Below are positions 10,221 through 19,256 of a DNA stretch of 32,000 bases, piece by piece. Both the position numbers and the translations under genes were made by a program. The DNA comes from Bacillus subtilis subsp. subtilis str. 168 (lineage in GTDB: Bacteria; Bacillota; Bacilli; Bacillales; Bacillaceae): assembly GCF_000009045.1 (NCBI RefSeq), contig NC_000964.3:2940001-2972000 (forward strand), written 5' to 3'. Positions within the stretch are counted from its first letter, which is position 1. Every line of letters begins with the position of its first letter. Below the pieces are notes generated by a model, which made no database searches, had not been told where the DNA came from, and saw nothing but the letters and a program-made list of their open reading frames with translations.

Positions 10221-11306
10221 TTATTGGTACGTAATTTCGTCAACCGTTTTTCGGTCTAACTTCTTAATGACTTCTGTAATTAACTTTACCGCGTTTTCAT
10301 AATCATCACGATGCAGCATGGCCGCGTGCGTATGAATGTAGCGGGTTGCAATGGTAATGGACAGCGCAGGAACGCCATTTGCCGTCAAATGGATGGCACC
10401 CGAATCAGTTCCGCCGCCGGCAATGGCATCAAATTGGTACGGAATGCCGGCTTCCTCCGCAGTGGCTACAACTGCATCGCGCAAACCTTTGTGAGAGACC
10501 ATGGATGCATCGTAAACGATAATCTGCGGGCCTTTGCCCATTTTGCTCTGCGCTTCCTTCTCGGAAATGCCAGGCGTGTCTCCTGCTATCCCTACATCAA
10601 CACCAAACGCAATATCAGGCTGAATGGTGTGTGCAGCCGTTTTCGCTCCCCTCAGCCCGACTTCCTCCTGCACGGTTCCGACGCCATACACTATATTTGG
10701 ATGATCTGTGTTTTGTAAGTTTCTTAACACATCAATAGCAATCGCACAGCCGATGCGGTTGTCCCAGGCCTTTGCGAGTAGGAATTTTTCATTGTTCATG
10801 ACCGTAAATTCAAAATGCGGAACGATCATATCTCCCGGAAGTACACCCCACTCCAAGGCTTCTTCCCGGCTTGAAGCTCCAATATCAATAAACATGTCTT
10901 TTATTTCCACTGATTTTTTTCTTGCTTCAGGAGACAAAATATGAGGCGGCTTAGATCCGATAACCCCTGTGATTTCTCCTTTTTTTGTGACAATGGTGAC
11001 GCGCTGAGCAAGCATAACCTGAGCCCACCAGCCGCCAACGGTTTGAAAACGGATAAAGCCTTTATCTGTGATTTGTGTCACCATAAAGCCGACTTCATCC
11101 AAATGTCCGGCGATCATAATTTTCGGGCCGTTTTCTGCACCAGTTTTTTTTGCAATTAAACTGCCCAGGCGATCTGTTGTCACCTCATCAGCAAATGGTT
11201 CTATGTATGATTTCATCACTTGCCTTACTTCTCTTTCATTGCCCGGTATGCCTTTTGCATCTGTTAAATCTTTCAGCATGGTCAATGTTTCATCTAATTT
11301 TGCCAT
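10221..11306 (-). CDS. ysdC: M42-family aminopeptidase / glutamyl-aminopeptidase-like
   Basis: 361 aa; [36 protein letters not shown] motifs of M42 metallopeptidases. Confidence 0.93.
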
Positions 11307-11423
11307 GTTCCAAACCCTCCTTCATCAGTCCTGCATTCTTATTATACAAAACATGGCGCTAACCATACGACTATTTCACTTGAAAATCGGGTATATGTTT
11401 TTACAGCTTTCTTTTAGAAAAAG

Positions 11424-11449
11424 TGAAACCTTTTTCTATGCTTTTCGTA
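11424..11449 (+). promoter_or_regulatory. SigW-type promoter for ysdB
   Basis: TGAAAC (11424-11429), 16 nt spacer, CGTA (11446-11449); fits ECF SigW consensus; ysdB is a known SigW regulon member. Confidence 0.85.
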
Positions 11450-11489
11450 TTACATCAGATCATCACCATAAGGGAGGTGCCTTCACACA

Positions 11490-11882
11490 ATGTTTGTCAT
11501 GGTTCTAAGGATTATTTTGCTTGCACTTTTTGCTTATTGTATTTATGCCGTGGTCAAATATGTCGCGAATCCTAAGAGAAGGCTTAAGCTGGCCCAATCA
11601 AAAGAACATTTTTATATTATTGATGAACAAAACAATACCCGGAAGAATTTTCAGCTGACGTATAAAGGCGTGCTTTTTGAGGGAGAAAAGCATATTCCTT
11701 CCAAGGATCATCCGCTGTTTATTCACACGATCTTTGTCTGGACAGAATCTCCTGAGAAGCTGAAACATTTCTCTGCAAAAGATTTTGAGAACATTGAAGA
11801 AAAAGTGCTGGAACGATATCCAAATTGTAAGATTGACTGGGACCAGCCCATTAAACTCGCAAAAAAAGCAGAAGAGCGTTAA
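11490..11882 (+). CDS. ysdB: YsdB, small protein with N-terminal TM segment, SigW regulon
   Basis: 130 aa ORF with GGGAGGTG RBS and N-terminal hydrophobic helix. Confidence 0.88.
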   Translation: MFVMVLRIILLALFAYCIYAVVKYVANPKRRLKLAQSKEHFYIIDEQNNTRKNFQLTYKGVLFEGEKHIPSKDHPLFIHTIFVWTESPEKLKHFSAKDFENIEEKVLERYPNCKIDWDQPIKLAKKAEER

Positions 11883-11901
11883 ACGCTTTTCTGCTTTTTA
11901 T
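11861..11901. terminator. Bidirectional terminator between convergent ysdB and ysdA, overlapping the ysdB stop codon
   Basis: AAAAAAGCAGAAGAGCGTTAAACGCTTTTCTGCTTTTTA, long near-perfect inverted repeat with A/T flanks. Confidence 0.85.
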
Positions 11902-12167
11902 AAATCAAACGGGCTGTAGTAAATAGCGATGAGAATCGCTTCTATTACCAGAAGAAGCGGTACTCCGTACTTAAAAGAAGCGTGTTTCGTTTTATGTCTG
12001 AAGGTTTGCATGCCAAGCCAGACACCGAGCGCTCCAAACACGATGGCTATCAGCCACAGCCGGTCTTCAGAAATTCTCCACTTGTGCTGCTGCGCTTTGC
12101 GTTTGTCAATGCCCATCACCCAAAAACCGCACAGATTAATCAACACCAAATAAGCAGCAATAATCAT
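11898..12167 (-). CDS. ysdA: Small membrane protein, DUF1294 family
   Basis: 89 aa; NLCGFWVMGIDKRKAQQHKWRISE...GALGVWLGMQTFRHKTKH typical of the family. Confidence 0.88.
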   Translation of the reverse strand: MIIAAYLVLINLCGFWVMGIDKRKAQQHKWRISEDRLWLIAIVFGALGVWLGMQTFRHKTKHASFKYGVPLLLVIEAILIAIYYSPFDL

Positions 12168-12189
12168 GTTGCCTCATCCTTTATATAGA

Positions 12190-12216
12190 AAAAGCCGCTC
12201 TGCTGGAGAGCGGCTC
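12190..12216 (-). terminator. Terminator of infC-rpmI-rplT operon
   Basis: GAGCCGCTCTCCAGCAGAGCGGCTTTTTC on the minus strand. Confidence 0.85.
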
Positions 12217-12223
12217 TATATGA

Positions 12224-12595
<372 letters not shown>

Positions 12596-12614
12596 CTAAT
12601 TGTTCCTTATCCGA

Positions 12615-12827
<213 letters not shown>

Positions 12828-13349
12828 TTATTGCTTTTCGTTTTTCGGTGCGAGCATTAAGAACATGCTGCGGCCGTCCATTTTTGGTTTTGTTTCGACT
12901 GTCGCAACCTCAGCACATGCTTCGGAGAAACGGTCTAATACACGCTGACCGATTTCTTTATGAGTGATTGCGCGTCCTTTAAAGCGGATAGAAGCTTTCA
13001 CTTTATCGCCTTTTTCAAGGAATTTAATCGCATTGCGCAATTTCGTGTTAAAGTCATGCTCATCGATTGTCGGACTTAACCGAACTTCTTTTAAGTTAAT
13101 GATTTTTTGATTCTTGCGTGCTTCTTTTTCCTTTTTCTGCTGCTCAAATCGGAACTTACCGTAGTCCATGATTCGGCAGACAGGCGGTTTTGCATTCGCT
13201 GCAACTAACACAAGGTCAAGATTTGCGCGGCCGGCGATTTCAAGTGCTTCCTGACGGGACTTGATTCCAAGCTGGTCGCCATTTTGTCCGATTAAACGGA
13301 CCTCACGTGCACGGATACCCTCATTAACCAATTGATCTTTGCTAATAAT
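12828..13349 (-). CDS. infC: Translation initiation factor IF-3, probable AUU start (track start TTG at 13331 is probably internal)
   Basis: Reading upstream of the track start gives ATT-ATT-AGC-AAA-GAT-CAA-TTG-GTT-AAT-GAG with GGAGGTGG 6 nt before the first ATT; no canonical start closer to this SD. Confidence 0.93.
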   Translation of the reverse strand: MISKDQLVNEGIRAREVRLIGQNGDQLGIKSRQEALEIAGRANLDLVLVAANAKPPVCRIMDYGKFRFEQQKKEKEARKNQKIINLKEVRLSPTIDEHDFNTKLRNAIKFLEKGDKVKASIRFKGRAITHKEIGQRVLDRFSEACAEVATVETKPKMDGRSMFLMLAPKNEKQ

Positions 13350-13551
13350 GAGCCACCTCCATAGTTTCTTCGAATTGATTCACAACTCATTTTGAATGCA
13401 TTTTGCAGGCAAACAAAAAGTGTGGGCATTATAAAACACCCACACTACGAACATCTGTATCAATAAAAATGTACGGTCAACCTGCCAACTACATGCATGT
13501 GTCAATCAGGTGAGAAGCGGGTGCTTCTGCTTGTGATTTATATTCAATTCA
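13350..13551 (-). promoter_or_regulatory. L20-type autoregulatory leader of infC operon with attenuator
   Basis: Long 5' leader from promoter at 13558-13586 to infC; contains AGAAGCACCCGCTTCT hairpin and an intrinsic terminator upstream of infC. Confidence 0.85.
13414..13446 (-). terminator. Leader attenuator terminator
   Basis: Minus strand AGTGTGGGTGTTTTATAATGCCCACACTTTTT. Confidence 0.88.
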
Positions 13552-13557
13552 ATAACT

Positions 13558-13586
13558 ATTCTACACAATACCGGATCTTTAGTCAA
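13558..13586 (-). promoter_or_regulatory. SigA promoter of infC operon
   Basis: Minus strand TTGACT-17 nt-TAGAAT. Confidence 0.87.
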
Positions 13587-13794
13587 GGACGACTTATCCG
13601 GAACAACTTTTACATTGTAACATGGGTTTTCTATGAGCGCAAGAGAGAAAAAGAAAATCTTTCATCCCCACCCAGAATACAAAGAACCAACAATTCCCCC
13701 TTATTACGCAATTTACAACAAAACCACCGACAGGAAGAAATGTAAAACAAAGTTAATCTCTGACCGATATAAGGAGCAGAAGGGAGCCTGACAC

Positions 13795-14460
13795 ATGAAC
13801 AAACTGATACAGCTTGCTTTATTTTTCACATTGATGTTAACCGGTTGCTCGAATAGCAGCACATCTTCCGAATCAAAAGTCGAAACCACTGTTAAGACAA
13901 CGGCAGCATTTCCTCAAAAGGAGCTGGAGAAAGAGCTAAAAAAACTAAAACCCGTTTCATTGGACATGAAGTTCGAGAGTCCACTCGCTACCGAGTTAGG
14001 AAAGCGGAAGGCAAAAGAGGAAGCTGAAAAGCAAAGACAAATCGCCGCTGAGAAAAAGCTTGAAAAAGAGCGGGAGGCGAAACGAAAGAAACAGCAGGAG
14101 GAAAAAGCGGAGAGACAGCGATTAGCAGAGCAGCAGGCTGCAGAGAGACAGCGATTAGCCGAAGCGGAAAGACAAGCTGAACTTGAAAGACAGCGGCAGG
14201 CAGCAATCCAAAAAGAGCAGAAAGCGAACGCTGAGAAAAAGCGGCAATCGCAGGCACAACGGCAGCAGACTGAGGCACCCTCATCTAATAGTCAAGATCC
14301 ACCATCTTCCTCGAGTCAGACAGATAAAACCATTCAACAGCCAGCTTCAGAGCTTCCTGATGACGATGGTTATGGTTATGAAGAACGAAAAAAGTGGCAT
14401 GACGATCAAGTAGAATGGGGCATTAAACAAGGGTATATCGATCCCGAAGACGCACCATAA
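13795..14460 (+). CDS. Putative lipoprotein with K/E/Q/R-rich coiled coil, function unknown
   Basis: 221 aa; signal peptide MNKLIQLALFFTLMLTGC with lipobox LTGC; charged helical centre with 11-aa repeats; S/P/Q-rich linker; C-terminal DDDGYGYEERKKWHDDQVEWGIKQGYIDPEDAP. GGGAG upstream. Confidence 0.8.
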   Translation: MNKLIQLALFFTLMLTGCSNSSTSSESKVETTVKTTAAFPQKELEKELKKLKPVSLDMKFESPLATELGKRKAKEEAEKQRQIAAEKKLEKEREAKRKKQQEEKAERQRLAEQQAAERQRLAEAERQAELERQRQAAIQKEQKANAEKKRQSQAQRQQTEAPSSNSQDPPSSSSQTDKTIQQPASELPDDDGYGYEERKKWHDDQVEWGIKQGYIDPEDAP

Positions 14461-14468
14461 AATAAAAA

Positions 14469-14493
14469 AAGCCAAGGCATTCAGCCTTGGCTT
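14469..14493 (-). terminator. Terminator of pftB
   Basis: AAGCCAAGGC-TGAAT-GCCTTGGCTTTTTTT on the minus strand; stem abuts the pftB stop codon. T-run on + side is poor. Confidence 0.82.
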
Positions 14494-15187
14494 ATCCTCC
14501 GATCAGCTGCACGAACACAGGGATGACCAGAACCGTTACCACTCCTACTACGACAACAGCAATACTTGCCATCGCAGCTTCAACTTCTCCCATCTCAATC
14601 CCGACCGCTACACCAAGTGCATGTCCGGATGTTCCAAGAGCCAATCCTTTAGAAATCGGATTTTTCACTTTAAACACCTTCAAGAACAATGCTCCGAGCG
14701 CATATACGATGACAGCGTTAAAGATGACCGCAAAGGCTGTGATGTCGCTGATGCCCCCGATGCCTTTTGATAAAGGAAGCGCAATTGCCGTTGTAGCCGC
14801 CTGCGGAAGCATGCTTTTCATTACGGCCGAATCGAGATGAATGCCTTTAGCGAGCAGATAAACAATCGTGACAGAGCAGATAGAGCCGGCAATAATGGAG
14901 GCCATGATTTGCCACCAGTACTTTTTAAGCTTATCTCTTTGTTTGTACAAAGGAATTGCAAATGCGATCGTTGCCGGTTCAAGAAAAAACTTAATGATCT
15001 CTCCCCCGTTATTATAATCCGCGTAGGAAAAACCGCCGATTTTTAAAAATGCGATCCCCAGCACCATGGCAACAAACAAAGGAGTGAAAAGGAAGAAGCC
15101 TTTCGTTTTCTTAAATAAAAAGGTGCCGATGCCGAATGCAGCAAGTGATACGACAATCCCAAAATAAGGACTCATTGTGCTTTCCAT
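14492..15187 (-). CDS. pftB: LrgB/PftB family protein (pyruvate transporter subunit)
   Basis: 231 aa, [41 protein letters not shown] typical of LrgB; synonym ysbB. Confidence 0.93.
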   Translation of the reverse strand: MESTMSPYFGIVVSLAAFGIGTFLFKKTKGFFLFTPLFVAMVLGIAFLKIGGFSYADYNNGGEIIKFFLEPATIAFAIPLYKQRDKLKKYWWQIMASIIAGSICSVTIVYLLAKGIHLDSAVMKSMLPQAATTAIALPLSKGIGGISDITAFAVIFNAVIVYALGALFLKVFKVKNPISKGLALGTSGHALGVAVGIEMGEVEAAMASIAVVVVGVVTVLVIPVFVQLIGG

Positions 15188-15208
15188 GTGAAGAACCTCC
15201 TGTTTCCC

Positions 15209-15649
15209 TTAATGGTGAACGAGTTCGTTATTGTTCTGCGGGCTTTGCACTGTTTTTGTTTTCATGTCCGCTTCGGTTTTGCGTTTTCCGCTCAGCGACA
15301 GAATCAGCTGAGAAAACAATCCCGTAGCCCCCAGCAAAATAATCGTTGCGAGCAGAATGACAAGAACAATTTGCAGGCCGTATTGCTGCATCACACCAAG
15401 CGAATTCATAACAGATATACCTGATGGAACAAATAAAAATCCGATCAGAGAGGTTAAAGACGTTCCGAGCGTCTCCACTTGTTCCAGTTTAATGACTTTC
15501 AAACATAATAGGAGAAATAATAAGACCAACCCTACAACCGATGCCGGGATAGGTATTGGGACAATAGCGGCAATCATATTTGAAACCAGCATAATGACGG
15601 CAAAAATAAATGCTTGTGTTAAAAACCCGTACACTTTTTTAGCACTCAT
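15209..15649 (-). CDS. pftA: LrgA/CidA family protein (pyruvate transporter subunit); ATG start at 15649 preferred over track GTG at 15658
   Basis: [24 protein letters not shown]..., four TM LrgA-like; RBS AGAGGTG; synonym ysbA. Confidence 0.9.
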   Translation of the reverse strand: MSAKKVYGFLTQAFIFAVIMLVSNMIAAIVPIPIPASVVGLVLLFLLLCLKVIKLEQVETLGTSLTSLIGFLFVPSGISVMNSLGVMQQYGLQIVLVILLATIILLGATGLFSQLILSLSGKRKTEADMKTKTVQSPQNNNELVHH

Positions 15650-15681
15650 TTTCTTCACCTCTTTCTCTTTGGTACCCTCAT

Positions 15682-15718
15682 TATAAATAAGAATTCCCTG
15701 TTATAAAGCGCTTACAAG
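15682..15718 (-). promoter_or_regulatory. pftA promoter with overlapping cre
   Basis: Minus strand TATAAT at 15682-15687, poor -35 (CTTTAT at 15705-15710) lying within cre TGTAAGCGCTTTAT (15705-15718). Confidence 0.75.
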
Positions 15719-15741
15719 ATAACATGCCGTATAGCGGGTCT

Positions 15742-15772
15742 GAGTTGCAGAATCAAATGGCTGAAATGCAAA
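15742..15772 (-). promoter_or_regulatory. Direct repeat, probable LytT (LytTR) binding site
   Basis: Minus strand TGCATTTCAG (15763-15772) and TGCAACTCAG (15742-15751), 8/10 identical, exactly 21 bp start-to-start. Confidence 0.65.
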
Positions 15773-15801
15773 AAGCCGCCCATCAAATATGGAGCAGCTT
15801 T
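15765..15801 (-). terminator. Putative terminator of lytST overlapping lytT 3' end
   Basis: Minus strand AAAAAGCTGCTCCATATTTGATGGGCGGCTTTTTG, imperfect stem then T-run. Confidence 0.6.
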
Positions 15802-16508
15802 TTCAATTCCTTCGCATATGTCCGGCTGACCGGTATTTTCGATCCGTCTTTCATGATCAGATTATACGTTGAATTAAACCATGGCTGAATTTCTTTAATA
15901 TATTCAGTATTCACGACAAAGCTCCGATGGACGCGGATAAAATCAGAATCCGGCAGCTTTTTCTCAATCACAACGAGTGTATCGCTGACCGTATAAGAAT
16001 GATCGAAGGTTTTTACATTGACATGACCATCTTCTGTTCCGGCATAGATAATGTCCTTCGTATCCACAATCACAATCGATTCCCCCACAGATAGCGCGAG
16101 CTTGTGCTGGCCGGCATGGCTGTTTTGCTCTGTTTCTACAATATCCCGATTGACTTTTTTATATTTTTTCAGCGTTTGCTGAATTCTTTCTTCATCGAAA
16201 GGCTTGGTTAAATAATCAAGAGCGTCCACCTCAAACGCTTTGAGCGCATACTGGTCATACGCTGTCGCAAACACAATAGCAGGAGGATGCTTCATTTTCT
16301 TCAATCGCTTTGCGATATCAAAACCGTTTTCTCCGGATAAATCAACGTCTAAAAACAGCAAATCAGGTTTTTGATCCATCATTTGGTCAAAAGCGGATTC
16401 GATATTTTCCGCTTCATTGATTTCCATTTCATCATTGGTCCGCTTAAGCAAGTAAGCCAGTTCATCCCTTGCCAGCATCTCATCATCAACTATTAACACC
16501 CTGAGCAT
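15783..16508 (-). CDS. lytT: LytTR-family response regulator LytT
   Basis: 241 aa; receiver domain LIVDDEMLARDEL and LytTR domain FIRVHRSFVVNTEYIKEI. Confidence 0.96.
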   Translation of the reverse strand: MLRVLIVDDEMLARDELAYLLKRTNDEMEINEAENIESAFDQMMDQKPDLLFLDVDLSGENGFDIAKRLKKMKHPPAIVFATAYDQYALKAFEVDALDYLTKPFDEERIQQTLKKYKKVNRDIVETEQNSHAGQHKLALSVGESIVIVDTKDIIYAGTEDGHVNVKTFDHSYTVSDTLVVIEKKLPDSDFIRVHRSFVVNTEYIKEIQPWFNSTYNLIMKDGSKIPVSRTYAKELKKLLHI

Positions 16509-18267
16509 GTTCTTCTCCCTCTTTCATCTGTTGCATTGGCACTTGAAAGGAAACCTCTGTCCCTTTATGAACCTCACTGCTGATATGCAGTGCAGCCTGC
16601 TGTCCGAATAAACCGATCAGCCGCTGATTTAGGTTATAAAGCGCTGTACCGGTTCCCTCCTTAGACGGAAACGGTTTCTTCCCCAGTTCCGGCAAGACGT
16701 CCGGCGGAATTCCGCGTCCGTTATCCGCCACCTTCATATAGACGGATGCATCATCAGATAAGACACAGACTGTAACCTTGCATATGTCTTGTTTTTTCGG
16801 AAACGCGTGCCGAAGCGCGTTCTCGACAAGCACCTGCAAAACAAACGGAGGGATTTCAATCTGCTCCAGTCTGCTGTCGATATTAAGCTCAATTTTATAT
16901 TTCCCGGGAAAACGCGCCTGTTCTAATGACAAATAGGCGTTAAGATGGTTCAGCTCCTTTGAGAGCGGAATCAGCAGCTGTCTCGCTCCTTGAAGGTTTG
17001 AACGAAAATAAACACTGAGCTGCAATAGGAGCTTACGGGTTTTTTCAACATCTGTACGGCATAACGCAGAAATCGTGTTGATCGCATTAAATAAAAAATG
17101 CGGATTCACCTGTGCTTGAAGCGCTTTAATTTCAGCATCCTTGAGAAGTTTGCTTTGCAGCTCTGCTTCCCCAAGCTCAAGCTGTGTCGAAAACAGCATG
17201 GCCAGCCCCTCGGCAAGTTCCTCCTCTACCTGACTCAGGCCTGCCGGGCTTTTAAAGTACATTTTTAAGGTGCCGATTGTATTGCCGTTCGATGTCAGCG
17301 GTAGGACAATTGCAGCGTGCAAAGGGCATTCAGCATGCGTGCATTCAATCTCTTCCTGCGAAATCGCCTTCATAATATGCCCTGTTTTAATCACCTTTTT
17401 GGACAGGCCGGTGATCAAGCTTTTCGATGGGATGTGGTGATCCATTCCCGCACCGACATGCGCAAGGATCTTTTCTTTGTCAGTGAGAGACACCGCATCT
17501 GTTCCTGTCAGCTTATGGATAATAGCCGCTACACTTTTACAGGAGTTTTCATTTAATCCTTGGCGGAAAAATGGAAGTGTCTGATCAGCAATCGTAAGCA
17601 CTCGATGCGTTTCGAGAGCCCTTGCCTGTTCTTCCTTGCGAATGATCGCTTGAATAATAGACAGAAAAATAAAACTGCCTGTTCCATTGATGAGTATCAT
17701 CGGAATTCCGATCATGCTGACAAGCTCCCAAGCGTCACTGAACGGCTTTGCCATCAGCAAAATAATGATCATTTGCAGTGACTCCATGCCGATTCCCACA
17801 AGAGCGGCGATGCGCGGTGTCGGCATTCGATATCGCTTCGTAAAATACCTGCCGATCAAGCCTGCAAGAACACCCGCTAAAATAGATGAGACGGCACAGC
17901 TTAAGGCCGTGCTGCCACCGAGTGAAAAACGATGCAGGCCCGCAAGTATGCCGATCCCAGCCCCTACAAAAGGACCTCCGAGAAGGCCCCCGATTTCCAC
18001 GCCCAAAATACGGGTATTCGCGATAGAGCCCGATGGATCTATCGTAAACACCCAGTCATTGTTTACAATCATATTTCTTTGAATTTCGATGCCTGTATAA
18101 TTGCTGATGATGCTGAAAAGAGAAAAAATAGAAATTAAAATCGCTTTTCCTTTATAGCCGTCCTGATTCTGAAGAGCTTGTCTGAAAAGTTTCGTATGGG
18201 CGAGAATGAACCCTAATATAACAATAATCCCCACTCTCTCCAGCATCATAATCATTAAATGAATCAT
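16486..18267 (-). CDS. lytS: Sensor histidine kinase LytS
   Basis: 593 aa; 5TM-5TMR_LYT-like N-terminus, GAF-like region, His kinase motif QVNPHFLFNAINTISALCR. Confidence 0.96.
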   Translation of the reverse strand: MIHLMIMMLERVGIIVILGFILAHTKLFRQALQNQDGYKGKAILISIFSLFSIISNYTGIEIQRNMIVNNDWVFTIDPSGSIANTRILGVEIGGLLGGPFVGAGIGILAGLHRFSLGGSTALSCAVSSILAGVLAGLIGRYFTKRYRMPTPRIAALVGIGMESLQMIIILLMAKPFSDAWELVSMIGIPMILINGTGSFIFLSIIQAIIRKEEQARALETHRVLTIADQTLPFFRQGLNENSCKSVAAIIHKLTGTDAVSLTDKEKILAHVGAGMDHHIPSKSLITGLSKKVIKTGHIMKAISQEEIECTHAECPLHAAIVLPLTSNGNTIGTLKMYFKSPAGLSQVEEELAEGLAMLFSTQLELGEAELQSKLLKDAEIKALQAQVNPHFLFNAINTISALCRTDVEKTRKLLLQLSVYFRSNLQGARQLLIPLSKELNHLNAYLSLEQARFPGKYKIELNIDSRLEQIEIPPFVLQVLVENALRHAFPKKQDICKVTVCVLSDDASVYMKVADNGRGIPPDVLPELGKKPFPSKEGTGTALYNLNQRLIGLFGQQAALHISSEVHKGTEVSFQVPMQQMKEGEEHAQGVNS

Positions 18268-18433
18268 TCATGTCACCTGTTCTTTCCGTTTTCATTCTAG
18301 CATGTTTTCGTTTTGCGGCTGACTGTTTTTTTAAAATCGTCTGAAAACATATTTCACAAGGCTTTTATCTATTGTAAAATAAAACATGAGCCTTTTGGCA
18401 GAAAGATTTGAATCTGAAGCAGAGGAGAAGATC

Positions 18434-19216
18434 ATGAAAGCCGTATTTTTTGATTTAGATGATACACTACTTTGGGACGAAAAAAGCGTCAGAACAACAT
18501 TTGCAGAAACTTGCTTACAGGCGGAGAAAAAATATGGCCTTGCCCCTGAGGAATTCGAAGCAGCTGTTCGCGAAGCGGCGAGAGAATTGTACATGTCATA
18601 TGAGACGTATCCATATACAGTGATGATCGGCATTAACCCGTTTGAAGGACTGTGGTCCAATTTCTCAGAGCCAATCAGTGAAGGCTTTCAAAAGCTGAAC
18701 AAGATTGTGCCGGAGTACAGAAGAAATGCATGGACCAACGGACTGAAAGCGCTTGGGATCGATGATCCTGCATATGGCGAATACTTGGGAGAGTTTTTTG
18801 CGGCAGAGCGCAGAAAGCGCCCGTTTGTATATGATGAAACTTTTGCTGTACTCGATCAATTAAAAGGCAAGTATGAATTATTGCTTTTGACAAATGGCGA
18901 TCCTAGTCTGCAAAAGGAGAAGCTTGCCGGCGTGCCTGAGCTCGCTCCTTACTTCAATGAAATCGTCATCTCGGGCGCATTCGGCAAGGGCAAGCCGGAT
19001 GTTTCAATTTTTGAACACTGCCTTAAGCTGATGAATATTGAAAAAGACGATGCCATCATGGTCGGCGATAATTTGAATACTGATATTTTAGGCGCTTCAA
19101 GAGCCGGAATCAAAACCGTTTGGATCAACCGGACTGATAAGAAAAACGAAACTGACGTAAAGCCTGATTACATCATCAGCAGCCTTCATGATTTGTTTCC
19201 TATATTAGAGAAATAA
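18434..19216 (+). CDS. ysaA: HAD-family hydrolase YsaA
   Basis: [16 protein letters not shown] with AGAGGAGA RBS just upstream; track start at 18386 lacks support. 260 aa. Confidence 0.9.
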
Positions 19217-19253
19217 AAAAAGCATGATCTCTTCAATGAGATCATGCTTTTTT
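19214..19253. terminator. Bidirectional terminator between ysaA and thrS
   Basis: AAAAAAAGCATGATCTC..GAGATCATGCTTTTTTA long perfect stem with flanking A and T tracts. Confidence 0.9.
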
Positions 19254-19256
19254 ATT

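Noticed and set aside
11068-11508. 146 aa + strand ORF spanning the start of ysdC and into ysdB region
   Set aside because: Mostly antisense to ysdC and runs through the SigW promoter; composition not protein-like.
14101-14180. Short repeat within the lipoprotein ORF considered as a CRISPR or mobile repeat
   Set aside because: Only two 17 bp copies at 33 bp spacing, in frame and encoding an 11-aa coiled-coil repeat; a coding feature.
13795-15658. Possibility that the lipoprotein plus LrgA/LrgB-like genes form a holin/antiholin or novel defence cassette
   Set aside because: The lipoprotein is convergent with pftB and terminators separate them; pftAB/lytST are known chromosomal metabolite-transport genes, and there are no nuclease, NTPase or toxin-antitoxin signatures or mobile-element boundaries.
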